Assembly (NCBI GenBank): GCA_963575745.1
Contig: CAUYUJ010000083.1
Span: 1-64,000 of the forward strand
Length of the DNA stretch: 64,000 bases
Direction: 5' to 3'
Source: Prorocentrum cordatum
Lineage: Eukaryota
Positions 39,001 to 50,000 of this stretch are shown one piece after another; within the stretch, counting starts at the first letter, position 1, and each line of letters opens with the position of its first letter. The position numbers and the translations under genes are program-made. Under the pieces are notes generated by a model that saw only the letters and a program-made list of their open reading frames with translations, was not told where the DNA came from and did not search any database.

Positions 39001-41790
39001 CGCCGCTTGGGCAGAAGACGAACGCCGGGTCTGACAGGCCAGCTACCGCCCCCGTTTGCCCGATATGCTGTGCCATTCTGTTCCCCCAGGGGCCTTGGCA
39101 AACTCTTCGGGCCAACCAGACCGGACCCTTCGGACAGCAGCCAATTGATATGACCCAGGGACCTCTCCGCAGTCTTCGGACGAGCACCTGGGGGGCCCAG
39201 GAGATTCGGACAAGTCTTCCCCATTCCTTGCCCTGTCCCGTTCTGTTCGCCCGAAGGCCTCCACAGACCCTCTGGGCGAACAGAATGGGACATGACGAAC
39301 AAACTCTCCCGTTGGCGGTGGTGCGACTGGATCGCACCATCAAGGCGTGCCCGGAGGTGATGGCCGACCCAACAGCGGTTTCTCTAAAGATTTTACAGAA
39401 TTTCAAATTTAATTGAAGCTCTTTTGGGCCCTCTCCCTGTAGATCCTTGCGAGCCTCCCCGGCGCTTTCGGTGGCTTTCCCCGATGGCCTCCCGAGCCCT
39501 TCCCTGGGCGTTCCTGAGACGCCTCAGATTGGCTTCGACTTCGACGCACATCCCTGAGAGACTTCGAAACTGCCCTCAATAGGAGGGGGGTGAACGAGCA
39601 GTGCGCTGGGCCAAGCTGCTGGAGCGCTGCAAGAGCTCGGACACGAAGTCGCGGTCTCGCTGCCGCCGCCCGAGCCGCCGCCGTGTTTGTAGATTTTCGG
39701 TGCAATCTGCGCCGTTCCTCCGAGAACCATTCCAGAAAGATGTCGTGGACGGAGTCCACGTGTCAGCCCTAGTCTCTATTACATTGCAGGGCCCAGTGCA
39801 TACCAGAAGGGCGCAGGCTCCATTAACTCATAATCGCCCCGGGCTGGCCCCGGGCCGCCCCGGGAGGCCCCAAGACACGCCAAGGGGGCCCCAAGAGGCC
39901 CCCAAGACGGCCCCGGAGGGCCCCGGCACGCCCAGCGAGGGGCCCAAGACGCTCGAGATTGGCCCAAGGCCTCCAAGACGCCCCAAGAGGCCTCCCAAGA
40001 GGCGTCCCAAGAGGGCCCCGAGCGGCAGAAACCGTCGATTTCCATTGTGTTTTTCGATGGTTTCGGCCTCCTCGCCTTTTCGGCTTCCCGACGCTCCAAG
40101 ACGGCCCAAGACGTCCCCCAGACCGCTCCAAGACGGCCGAAGAGGACCCCAAGAGAGCCCCAAAACGGGCCAAGAGGGCCCCAAGACGGCCCCAAGACGG
40201 CCCAGGACGGCCCCAGGACGGCCCAGGAGGCGCCCAAGACGGCCCAAGAGGCACCCAATACGGCCCCAGGAGCGGCTCAAGACGGCCCAACAGAGCCCTA
40301 GAGGCGCCGAAGCCGGCCTCAGACGGTCCCAAGACGGCCCAAGAGGCACCCAAGACGGCCCAAGAGGGCTCCAGAGCCCCCCAGGAGACCCAAAAGAAGC
40401 CCCTCGAAAGGGCCCCCACGAGGCCCGAAGTGGCTTCAGAAATGCCTCAAGGAAGGCCCCAAGACGGGCCAAGACGGACCCAGCACAACCCAAGGCGCGC
40501 TGCGACGGCTCAAGACGGCTCCAAGACAGCCCCAAGAGGGTGCCAACACGGCCCCTGCTGGGCCCAGGACGGCCCAAGGAGGCGCACAGGAGGGGCCCAA
40601 GACGATTCCAAGGCGGCCCCCTCACGGTCCCAGACGGCTCCAAGACAGCCCCACGAGGACCTCGATGGGCCCAGGACGGCCTACGGACGCGCCCATGAGG
40701 GGCCCACTACGAACCAAGACGGCCCCATCACGGCAAACGGCGCCCTCAAGACGGGCATGGACGGCTCCAAGACGGCCCTTTGAGGGAGCCAACGCGGCCC
40801 CACACCCTTCGGGCGCACACTTGGGGGGGCTGGGAGCTTGCGACAAGTCTCCCACATTCATCGTCCTGCCCCATTCTGTTCGCCTGGAGGCCTCCTCCAA
40901 CCCTGTGGGCGAACAAGAGGAAACCCAGCGGGCCGCCAACCCTGGGGCCCGTGGGCCCCGCGCCGCTTGGGCAGAAGACGAACGCCGGGTCTGACAGGCC
41001 AGCTACCGCCCCCCTTTGCCCGATATGCTGTGCCATTCTGTTCCCCCAGGGGCCTTGGCAAACTCTTCGGGCCAAGCAGACCGGACCCCTGGGACAGCAG
41101 CCAATTGATATGACCCTGGGACCTCTCCGCATTCTTCGGACGAGCACCTGGGGGGCCCAGGAGATTCGGACAAGTCTTCCCCATTCCTTGCCCTGTCCCG
41201 TTCTGTTCGCCCGAAGGCCTCCACAGACCCTCTGGGCGAACAGAATGGACATGGCGAACAAACCCTCCCGTTGGCGGTGATGCGACTGGAACGCACCATC
41301 AAGGCGCGCCCGGAGGTGATGGCCTACCCAACAGCGGTTTCTCTAGATTCTGTAGGCTTTCGCCACACCGCCGACCCCTTGTTTTTTTTTGGAGGCAATC
41401 TTGGACGTCTTGGGGGCGTCATGGCCCGACTTTATCCCCCGCATTCCTATCGTCGTCGTCTTTGCTCCTCCTCCCAGTAGTCGGCCCATCCCGCCACCGT
41501 GCCTGAGTTGTGGTTCAGAGGCCTCTCAGATATTCGCTGGGATCTCGTGAGAAGCCTCTCGGGGGCCTGCTGGAGGCAGTTTCGAGGCACCTGGGGAGCT
41601 GTTTTGGGGCTTCTTGTAGCCTTTTTTGGGCCTCTTGGGGGCCTCCTGGGGCCTCATGGGGGTCTCTTGGGGCCTCCTGGGGGCCTTTTGGGGCGGAAAG
41701 CTGTTTTTTTCGCTTCGTGGTCTCCCTCTTGGGCCCCTCTTGGGCTGGCCTTGGGGCTCTCTTGGGGCCTTCTTGGGCTGTCTTGAGGCT
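36060..41790. repeat. CCCAAGA(C/G)GG ~11-bp satellite with embedded interspersed units X (39410-39795; partial 37336-37480) and Y (38810-39385, 40770-41345); inverted orientation 41510-41790
   Basis: Motif periodicity, and near-identical blocks shared with 58640-62805. Confidence 0.9.
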
Positions 41791-41978
41791 CGCGAAGCCG
41801 CTGACGTGCGCGGCGTGCAAAGGCGCGTTCTCGGACACGAAACATTTGAAGCAGAAACAAGTGGAACATCATCGAGCGGCGAAAGGAGCTAAAGTGGTGT
41901 ACAGAAGCTGCGAGGAACTCGGGTTCACAGCGCGCAGTTGCCAGGCTTATCAGTGCAGCGGCGCGTGCAAGAGAGGAC
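41789..41978 (+). pseudogene. Cys-rich zinc-finger-like ORF, 5' half, interrupted by the Copia element (3' half 58320-58402)
   Basis: Removing the element and one TSD restores ...YQCSGACKRG|LPKSAFPDPHNLPRDAKKGTLKCKTCK*. Confidence 0.65.
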
Positions 41979-42263
41979 ACTTTAAACGGAGAAGGTTAAA
42001 GGCGAGGTATAAATCGAGCATGTACCGCTGCCGTGCCTGGCTCAAGCCGGGCCCGGCCAAATATATGACTGTGCCTCACCGAGGCGCACGACTGGTATCT
42101 GAGATCGGAAAATACCTTTTCCATTGAAGATGCCCCTTCTATCCTTTACTCCAGATCCCATGCTTCGTCTCGCTCTCTTGCTCATGCGATATGAGCCAAA
42201 GCCTGGGATATGGCAACGCTTGAAGCGTAACACATACCTAAGCTTACCAGCATGTTTTCGACT
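41979..42263 (+). repeat. 5' LTR (285 bp)
   Basis: Matches 58030-58314 except for 2 substitutions. Confidence 0.97.
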
Positions 42264-44106
42264 TGGTAGCGGAGCTGGCTACACTCTCGTGTGGCTGGCT
42301 CTCGCTCTGATTCCTGTAATCCACGGCACAACTTGGTGGACTACTACTACGGTGGAATACCATGTTGCGCCGGCTCTGCGAGGAGCGGAGCCAGTCCGCG
42401 ATCGAGCTAGCGGGGCAACCCGCGAACTCGAGACGCTCTCTCCTACTTCACTGCGCTACTTCACTCTCGACTTCCACCAGATGCCAATCGGCAACTCGAT
42501 CGAGAACGTGGTCACCCTGCGGGGCTACCCGCAGCGGGGCCACCTGCATCCCGTGCCAGTCAGGCGCCTCACGGCTACTACGCCAGAGCCTGACAAACCA
42601 CAGCCTAAACCAATCACCGAAGCCGAAATGCACATGCACTGGATTAAGATAACTATCTTCGGCATTCTGTGGGTAATAATGGGATGTGCTGTGGGATACA
42701 TGCGGCAGGGGATGGACGACACGCGTACTACCGGCCCTTCGTGGGACCCTGCCGGTACTACGCCTTTTCGCGAATACGTTCGCGAAGTACATGCATGGAT
42801 AAACGTAACGAGCGGCAATATGACGCCACCTCAACAAGCTGCAGCACTACAACGAGGCCTTCAAGGTCTTGCTCGTCGTATCGCCATGCAGGTCCCCTCC
42901 CAGATCATCAATTATGGTGTAACTGTCAATGGACAGCCAACGGATGCAGTTACTTATATACTGTACCTATTGAGCACCAAATTTGAAAATCTGGAAGATG
43001 AGCGCCAGCTCAACTCTGGCACTGCCCTTATCGACTTTCGCGTCGAAAGGGGCGAGCGAATCGACTCAGTGTTAGCTCGATTCGAGATGGCCCGTGACGA
43101 GGCTAACTCTGTTGGCTTTGTCATCCCCAACTTTCAGATCCTAACGCTGATCCTTTTCAGAGCGTTAGGCGTTGGCGCGTCACGAGCCCAACACCTGCTG
43201 GAGCCCTTTAATCATCAGATGCCCAGAACACAAGCAGACTATGACAGGCTGCTGACCAGGATGAGGAACTACGGACATGTTGCCGAGCGCTCTCCTGGCA
43301 ACATTGCGGGTATCTTCACAGGGCACCACTCACATGCAGGTGTCTACGCCACGACTGCGGGGTCACCCGCTGGTCCTGGCGAGCCAAGTCCCTGGGCTGA
43401 CCCAGCCGATATGCCCAACGAGGCCACTGCCTTCTTAGGGCAGACCGGCCAGGCATCGGCAGAGGCAGCTGAGGCGAACGCCTGGTCGAACTACTCGCCA
43501 GGCGCCGCCTACACTGCAAGCCCGCCCTCGGGCACAACCCTCTGGGGCCAAGCGGAGTCATCCGCTCAAGGGTCTCAGCCACCCTCACCGTTTGAATCTG
43601 GCACTGACACAGATACCTCATCTGACGATGAGCACAATGGCATAGTCTCTGCTGGTAATGACTATCCAGCGGATGACACTCACCTTTCTGAACAACAAAG
43701 AGCGGAAGCCGCTTTTATGGCTTATCGCAAATCAAAACGCCGTTGGAGGCGCTTTATGAAGAAACCAGTCAGAAAAGTGAGACGTGCAGTACGCCGACAT
43801 TTCAAACGATATGGAAAGGGTCGTGGCAAAGGGGGTCGCAGACGCCGTATGCATGGTAGGGGTATTACTGCTTTCCTCACGTCCTTAACTGATATAGTTT
43901 TTGAAGAAGTTCTTATCGGAGGCAAAGGTCGGGGTCACAGGCGGACCTCTGGTAAGGGAAAAGGGCGGAGGGGCAACCCTAGGGGCGCTTCTGGCAATAC
44001 TATGAAGTGTCATACATGCGGTAGCACAGAGCATTTGCGCGATCAATGCCCGAAATGGGAAAGGAAAGGGATCCGTACATTTGGCTCAGAACTCTTTTAT
44101 GGATGA
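42130..44106 (+). CDS. gag: Gag (hydrophobic N-terminal segments, capsid-like core, CCHC knuckle)
   Basis: PSWDP..F..Y..W core, basic GKG tracts and CHTCGSTEHLRDQC. Continues into the next frame via a +1 indel near 44053. True start uncertain. Confidence 0.85.
   Translation: MPLLSFTPDPMLRLALLLMRYEPKPGIWQRLKRNTYLSLPACFRLGSGAGYTLVWLALALIPVIHGTTWWTTTTVEYHVAPALRGAEPVRDRASGATRELETLSPTSLRYFTLDFHQMPIGNSIENVVTLRGYPQRGHLHPVPVRRLTATTPEPDKPQPKPITEAEMHMHWIKITIFGILWVIMGCAVGYMRQGMDDTRTTGPSWDPAGTTPFREYVREVHAWINVTSGNMTPPQQAAALQRGLQGLARRIAMQVPSQIINYGVTVNGQPTDAVTYILYLLSTKFENLEDERQLNSGTALIDFRVERGERIDSVLARFEMARDEANSVGFVIPNFQILTLILFRALGVGASRAQHLLEPFNHQMPRTQADYDRLLTRMRNYGHVAERSPGNIAGIFTGHHSHAGVYATTAGSPAGPGEPSPWADPADMPNEATAFLGQTGQASAEAAEANAWSNYSPGAAYTASPPSGTTLWGQAESSAQGSQPPSPFESGTDTDTSSDDEHNGIVSAGNDYPADDTHLSEQQRAEAAFMAYRKSKRRWRRFMKKPVRKVRRAVRRHFKRYGKGRGKGGRRRRMHGRGITAFLTSLTDIVFEEVLIGGKGRGHRRTSGKGKGRRGNPRGASGNTMKCHTCGSTEHLRDQCPKWERKGIRTFGSELFYG
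42264..42278 (+). promoter_or_regulatory. Primer-binding site TGGTAGCGGAGCTGG, initiator tRNA-Met type
   Basis: Directly abuts the 5' LTR. TGGTAGC is complementary to the ...GCUACCA 3' end typical of eukaryotic tRNA-iMet. Confidence 0.8.
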
Positions 44107-47086
44107 CATAGACTACATTGACTACGAGTTTTACGTCAATCCAGAAGCGGCTCCCGCCGCGGGCTCCTCCACGTATTACGTGATGGCCCGCTACGCTGAA
44201 GTGACCGTAGCCCTGGAAGACTACGCGGTGACCCTCTTCGACGAGTTCCACGGCTGGGACGAAGTCGACGAGGTCGCGTTCAATGCCTGGTTCGGTCTTC
44301 CAGCGGGGCCACCCGCCGACGACGAGATCTCCGATGCTGAGACCGTCCCGGCGACCGAGGAAGAGCTCGCCGCCGCGCTGGCACCGCAGGTGATTGGCAT
44401 GCCGTTGCTGCCAGATCTTCCGCGAGCTGGCTCGGAAGCGGGAGACGCTGATGACGAAATGCGGGGCCATCCCGCGTATTCTGACTCCGAAGAGGCCGAA
44501 GAGGACTATAAGGACATGCTCCAAGAGCAGGTCGCAGAAGCAATCCGGCTCCTGAGTGCGCCAGCACATCAGCAGATAACCATGAACGACCTGCTGTCGC
44601 GCCCAGGGGCCGCAAGGCTGCGTCCATACCTGGATTCGGACATGTCGGCACCTCAGATGCTGACAGCACTCCAGGCTCTAGCGGGGTCACCCGCCGAAGA
44701 GACGCCAGCCGCAGCAGCGGGGCCACCCGCTTGGTCTATGGATGTATTCATGCAGGGCTGCGACCAGATGGACCTCAACGACCTCGCGATGGAGCAGCTC
44801 AACGACATCGGGTACTTCCGAAGCCCGTATCAGCACGTATTCATGGTCCAGGACAGCTCAGAAGACTCGGAGGACATGCGCCATGCCAAGAGGGACAGAC
44901 GACCATCGCCTCCCCGAGACCCAGAGCATGACGATCAAAGGCCCATGGGACGTGGCAGTGCGTCAGCGGGGCCAGCCCGCAGAAGGAGCCGTTCAGCTCC
45001 ACGACGCCCTACACATGATGCATCGGGCTACCCGTACAGTACGGAGCACTCCGTAGGTGTATCCGCTCAGTACGTGCCGGAGTGGTACATCAATTGGTAC
45101 CCCGGCTACTCGATGGACGTGATCCGCCACTGGTATTCTAAGGAGTACTGCACCAAAAGGGACGAATCTGGCATGATAATACGTACCAAGGGTGGCAAGA
45201 CTAAAACGCCAGAGGCTTGGGACAAAAGGGCTAAGAAACAGGAGATAATCAACGATCGCAAGACATACAGGAAACAAGTATGTCAATGCGAGCCCTTCAA
45301 AGGTCACATGCGCAGCTGTCCAATGGACCGCCCCCCCAGGAGTCCTCATCACGGTGAGACCCCGTGGAATTGGTCTCATGGAGATGACGCTGGCAACGTC
45401 CATGATCCTAATAAGGAGGTCCCTGGAGGAGGAAAGCGCATCACTGAAGCCGATCGCGTCCCTATGACCGAGGAGGTTGCCAACACTGTCAGGGAAAATT
45501 GGGTACAGCTTCCCAATGACCATCGCCTCAAGGAATGGAACCGCCGATTCCATAAAGAGGCGGGGTCACCCGCAGAATCCAGCAAAGAGGCGGGGTCACC
45601 CGCAGAATCCAGCAAAGAAGCGGGGTCACCCGCAGACGCGGCGCCAGCCGCTGGGTCCGCGGACGAAGATTGGACAGCTGTTGCATCTGCTGCCGGATCC
45701 GCCGCCGGCACTGACCAAACCGAACTGAATGAAGAATGGGCGGCGGAAGACGGCTCAGAGAATCCATTCCCTGATGGGTGCGCCTGCTGGTACTACAGCT
45801 CCTCGGCGCAGAAGTGGTTTTGCACAAGGGTCATTCACCGCCACGAAAATGGCAAGTACAAGCTGGCCATAAAAGGCACTGCCGACATCGACCATATGAG
45901 GCAGATCATCCATGATCATGGCCAGCCAGAAGGCCCTCCTAAGGACCCTCCTGGTCCACAACCAGGTAAGGGCAGCAGACCACCTCCAAGACCTGAAGCC
46001 GACTACTCTTCTTCACCGACTCCTGCGAAGAGACACCCGTCCAAGAGCCCCGAAGACACACAGGGGCGTGCGAAGGCCAGAGGGATCGCCAAGAAGGGCA
46101 ACCCTGAGCAGGGAGAGCCTACCGGCCCGTCCGTGACGGAGAGGAGGAAGGCTTTTGCTGGACCATCGACCCCGATGCCACCGGCTGCCCAAGGCGATGT
46201 CAAGGGCGAAGTTCGCAATCAGCCTAAGGCAGCCTTCCGAGGTGACTGGACTCCAACTCTGCATCAGCCGCGCCTTGCACCACGACCAGGTTCGGCACGG
46301 ATGAAAGCACAGCCGAAGCCCGAAGCTGGGATGAGGTCGGTGCGGGCAGAAGCAGCCGCCAAAGCTAAGGAGGACAAGGGCTCTGCGGGGCCACCCGCTA
46401 AAGCGGCGCCAGCTGCAGCAGCGGGGACACCCGCAGAAAGCACTCTTTCAAGAGAAGAACGCTTCAGAGCCCTCAAAGAATTTGGCGACCGACAGAAACT
46501 AGCCGACGATGCAGTGGCTGACCAAGGTCACCCGCACCCTGGCGCGGAGTCATCCGCTGGAGCTGCCTCGTCAGCCGCAGGTTCTGCAGGGCCACCCGTT
46601 AAAGCGCCGCCAGCTGCATTAGCGGGGCCACCCGCGCGCTGGCAGCCAGTGATGTCTGTTCTTAGGAACATCCCTCTGGGAGCCATTGAATATTGGCAAG
46701 GCATTGAAGGCAAAGGCCCGAAGCGCACCATAAACCCACGAGTCACTCGAGACGATACAGATCGATACGAGGTCATTAATTGCCCTGATCGTCGTAACTT
46801 CGAGTGCCGCAACGACTGGGAACGTGAACAACAAGCCGTGGGAAATATGTTGCGAGACAGGCCGCCATTGCGCGTCGCGCAGCACAGGGCAGAGCTCATG
46901 AAGGTCATGGAGAGGTTCGGCATGGATCCGACTCTGCCGCGCGATGGGCAAATGACCAAGGTGTCAATATGGTTCTCTACAGCCCTACGCCATAGTCCGT
47001 ATTGGAAGGATGGATTCAGCCGACACTTCGAAATATTAGCACTTTCGATCCATACGATGGCTGGGTTGTTGTTGACGATTTGCTGA
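44081..47086 (+). CDS. Polyprotein part 2: low-complexity linker, Tudor/SH3-like domain (45767-45907), N-terminus of the Tpt1/KptA domain
   Basis: 1001-aa open frame with FPDG..WYYSSSAQKW..RV...ENGKYKL and SIWFSTALRH. Confidence 0.75.
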   Translation: MAQNSFMDDIDYIDYEFYVNPEAAPAAGSSTYYVMARYAEVTVALEDYAVTLFDEFHGWDEVDEVAFNAWFGLPAGPPADDEISDAETVPATEEELAAALAPQVIGMPLLPDLPRAGSEAGDADDEMRGHPAYSDSEEAEEDYKDMLQEQVAEAIRLLSAPAHQQITMNDLLSRPGAARLRPYLDSDMSAPQMLTALQALAGSPAEETPAAAAGPPAWSMDVFMQGCDQMDLNDLAMEQLNDIGYFRSPYQHVFMVQDSSEDSEDMRHAKRDRRPSPPRDPEHDDQRPMGRGSASAGPARRRSRSAPRRPTHDASGYPYSTEHSVGVSAQYVPEWYINWYPGYSMDVIRHWYSKEYCTKRDESGMIIRTKGGKTKTPEAWDKRAKKQEIINDRKTYRKQVCQCEPFKGHMRSCPMDRPPRSPHHGETPWNWSHGDDAGNVHDPNKEVPGGGKRITEADRVPMTEEVANTVRENWVQLPNDHRLKEWNRRFHKEAGSPAESSKEAGSPAESSKEAGSPADAAPAAGSADEDWTAVASAAGSAAGTDQTELNEEWAAEDGSENPFPDGCACWYYSSSAQKWFCTRVIHRHENGKYKLAIKGTADIDHMRQIIHDHGQPEGPPKDPPGPQPGKGSRPPPRPEADYSSSPTPAKRHPSKSPEDTQGRAKARGIAKKGNPEQGEPTGPSVTERRKAFAGPSTPMPPAAQGDVKGEVRNQPKAAFRGDWTPTLHQPRLAPRPGSARMKAQPKPEAGMRSVRAEAAAKAKEDKGSAGPPAKAAPAAAAGTPAESTLSREERFRALKEFGDRQKLADDAVADQGHPHPGAESSAGAASSAAGSAGPPVKAPPAALAGPPARWQPVMSVLRNIPLGAIEYWQGIEGKGPKRTINPRVTRDDTDRYEVINCPDRRNFECRNDWEREQQAVGNMLRDRPPLRVAQHRAELMKVMERFGMDPTLPRDGQMTKVSIWFSTALRHSPYWKDGFSRHFEILALSIHTMAGLLLTIC

Positions 47087-50000
47087 CAAACTGGACTGAA
47101 AATGATCAGTGGAAAGGCTATCGTGAAATGCACGAGGTGCTGATCAAGGGCAGGCCCCACACGTCATACGTGTATTGGGTGCTGCTAAACTGCTGTGAGA
47201 TGATTGACCATCACGGCATGCAGAAGGGCAGGCTCCAGATGAAGTGCGTTGATGACAGCATGCTGCTGCCTCCCAGGTTTCGACCAACGGCACGCAGGCC
47301 ACAGTACTTCATCAGAGCCACGAACGGCCACAGCAGTCCAGGCATCCACTGTCCCGAGTCGCTTTATAAGCCGATCACAACATGGATGAAAGAACCAGAC
47401 GACCCAGTATATTTCATCCACGGGACACAGTGGGAGTATGTCAAGGACATCCTTGCTAATGGCCTTTCATGCCTCGCACAGGACAACCCTAAAAGGAAGG
47501 GGGGGCGCCAATTTGTACACGGCTGCCCCTACCTCCCGGGCGACCCGAGGATTCAATCGGGCATCCGTCCTGACTCGGAGGTGCTCATATTCTGCAGCAT
47601 CAACAAGATGCTGTCCAGTGGCTTCTCCCTATGGAGGTCAGCAAATGACATCGTCATGACACGGGGCCACGACGGCCGTATACCGCCCGATCATATCCTC
47701 CAGATTGTGAGCATTGCGAAATATCGGGTCGGTGAAGCCTGGAGCAATCCGCTGGCGTATGACAAATCGCGGAGGCGGGGCCAACCCGCAGACAGGATTC
47801 GCACCGATGACTACCTGCCACTTAAACTATGTGACAAAACTCTGGGTGTAATGGAAGATCACGCCATGTACCTAAAGGGATGGTCTAAGACGGACGGTCG
47901 CCCATTCAACTTGATCATGACCGAGCAAGATGTTGCTCCACGACCGTACGACACACAGACGGTCCTCATGATAAATGCCCAGGAAGACGAGGTCATGCCT
48001 GAAGCGGGGCCACCCGCAGGTGCGGGGACACCCGCGGTAGACACCTCGGACGGTTCATGGCAACAAGTGGTCACACCAGTAGCAACGGTAGCATCTCCTT
48101 GGAGGCCGGATCAGCAGGCATGGGTCCAGGCCCTCAACAGCTACTTGACACCAGCCGACGTTTCTGGACTGACCGATCAGCTATATCGTGCTGACCCGTG
48201 GGCAGTGCATACAGGTATCCAAGACGCACAGCAGAGGAACCTGCGCACTCCTGCGGGGCCACCAGGCGTCCTAGGACCACAGCCACAACGCCCTCCGCAG
48301 CAGACGGGAGGTGCGAGGTTTGTCCCTATGGGCGGCTCAGATGGTGGCTCGCCGTTTCGGACTCCGCCGTCTGAAACGAGCGAGAACAGCTTGTGGCAAA
48401 GACTCCAGGCGATTCGCGGGAATCCGGCACTCGCAGCAGCACTCCAAGCAACCACTCCCTTTGGCACTCCGAGGGGTAGTGAAGGAGGAGTGGCTGCGGG
48501 GTCACCCGCCGAGCGAACGCCTGCGGAGCCACCCGCTCAAGCGGGGCCACCCGCTGACGGACAGCAAGGTTCAGACTACGAACGTCGGGCAGCCAACTTA
48601 AGAGCACAGGCTACTTTTCTGCAGCAACAAGCTGATAGAGTGCCCAGCCTGTTGCGGAACCGCAACATAGATGTTACGAATCATGGCGACTTTCGGCCTC
48701 TCTGGAGCTGGACTTCTGAAGATGCTCCAAATGCTGATCCCACGAATCCATATCGACAGGTGTTTATTCCAGGAATAGCATCACACCCGATATATGGATG
48801 GGACAATCACGGTCCAGCAGAGGCACAGGCCATGGACGCGCCGATGTACCCGGAGTACTACGCGCAGATGAATAACACTCCTATGATTGCGGGGCCACCT
48901 GCGAACGAATACACTCGGAATCTAGCCAATGAGATGTTTCGTTTGCAGTTTACACGAGCGGTCGATGCGCAGTCTATGCCGCACTACGCCTACATGCCCA
49001 CGCCGACGGACCCCGAGACCGTAGTTCAGCCAGCTGGTCTCGCGGTGCCAGCCGCTATGGGCAACGTGCCAGACTACATCCGCGACGTGCACAACACGCA
49101 GCAAGCGATACTGGCATCCAGGCAGCAGGCTCGGGACAACACCAGGCTGCGCCAACGACGCGCGATCCAGAGAAGGATTGAGCGTGAGACCCAAGCGGGG
49201 GCACCCGCAGAAGCGGGGCCACCCGCTGAACGGCCAGACAGACGGCCGCCACCGACGCCATATCGGGAGGGCGAAACCACTTTCGAGCGCCAAGCTCGGA
49301 CTCGCCCTGACGTGCCTGCTCCAGTCATTTCAGACTACAACTTCACACAGTGTCCAATCTGCATGGACAACTACGAGATGGGCACTACAGTGTGGAGACT
49401 GGCGTGTGGGCACTTCTTTCACGATATATGCTGGGATCGTGTTGCACAGCAGCACGTCCGCAATCAGCGGCCAGGTGCGCCGAATGAGGCCCCCTGCGCT
49501 GTATGTCGTGGGCCGGGCATAGTTATAGCGCACTTCCCGTGTGCTGGACAGCGCGACGCTGAATCAGAACAAGCGCGCCAGCAGGAAAGGTACGTGGCAG
49601 ATGCCCGGGAAATGCGTCGGCTACGTGAAGCAGTGGAGGCACTGGAGGCTCGAGCCGCACAATCGGCGGAGCCATCCGCACGTGCCCCAGCTGCACAGGC
49701 ATGCCCCTGGCCAGCGCCAGAGCAAGGCATTCAGATGCCAATCCTGCCTACGCTTCGAGCGCAGGAGCCCCCAGCTGCGGGGCCACCCGCTGAAGCGGCT
49801 CCCGCCGCACAAGCGGGGCCACCCGCAAATGGACCTCCAAATCCAGGTTTCCTGAGGGCAATGGAGGCCAACATCAGGCGGAGTGGCAGGAGCGGAGGCG
49901 GGACTCGAAGGCCAACTGGATCAACCAGGACCTCGCGAGTGGCAAGCCCGGTCAGCGCCAGGAGCCGGGCAAGCGCTGAGAGCGCAGAGGCAGCCCAGTT

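Noticed and set aside
35748..41300. Pro/Arg/Gly-rich ORFs in many frames (also 58593-62790)
   Set aside because: Stop-poor CCCAAGA satellite with no domain motifs.
44056..44063. G GGA AAG as a -1 slippery site after gag
   Set aside because: The downstream ORF is in the +1 frame, not -1.
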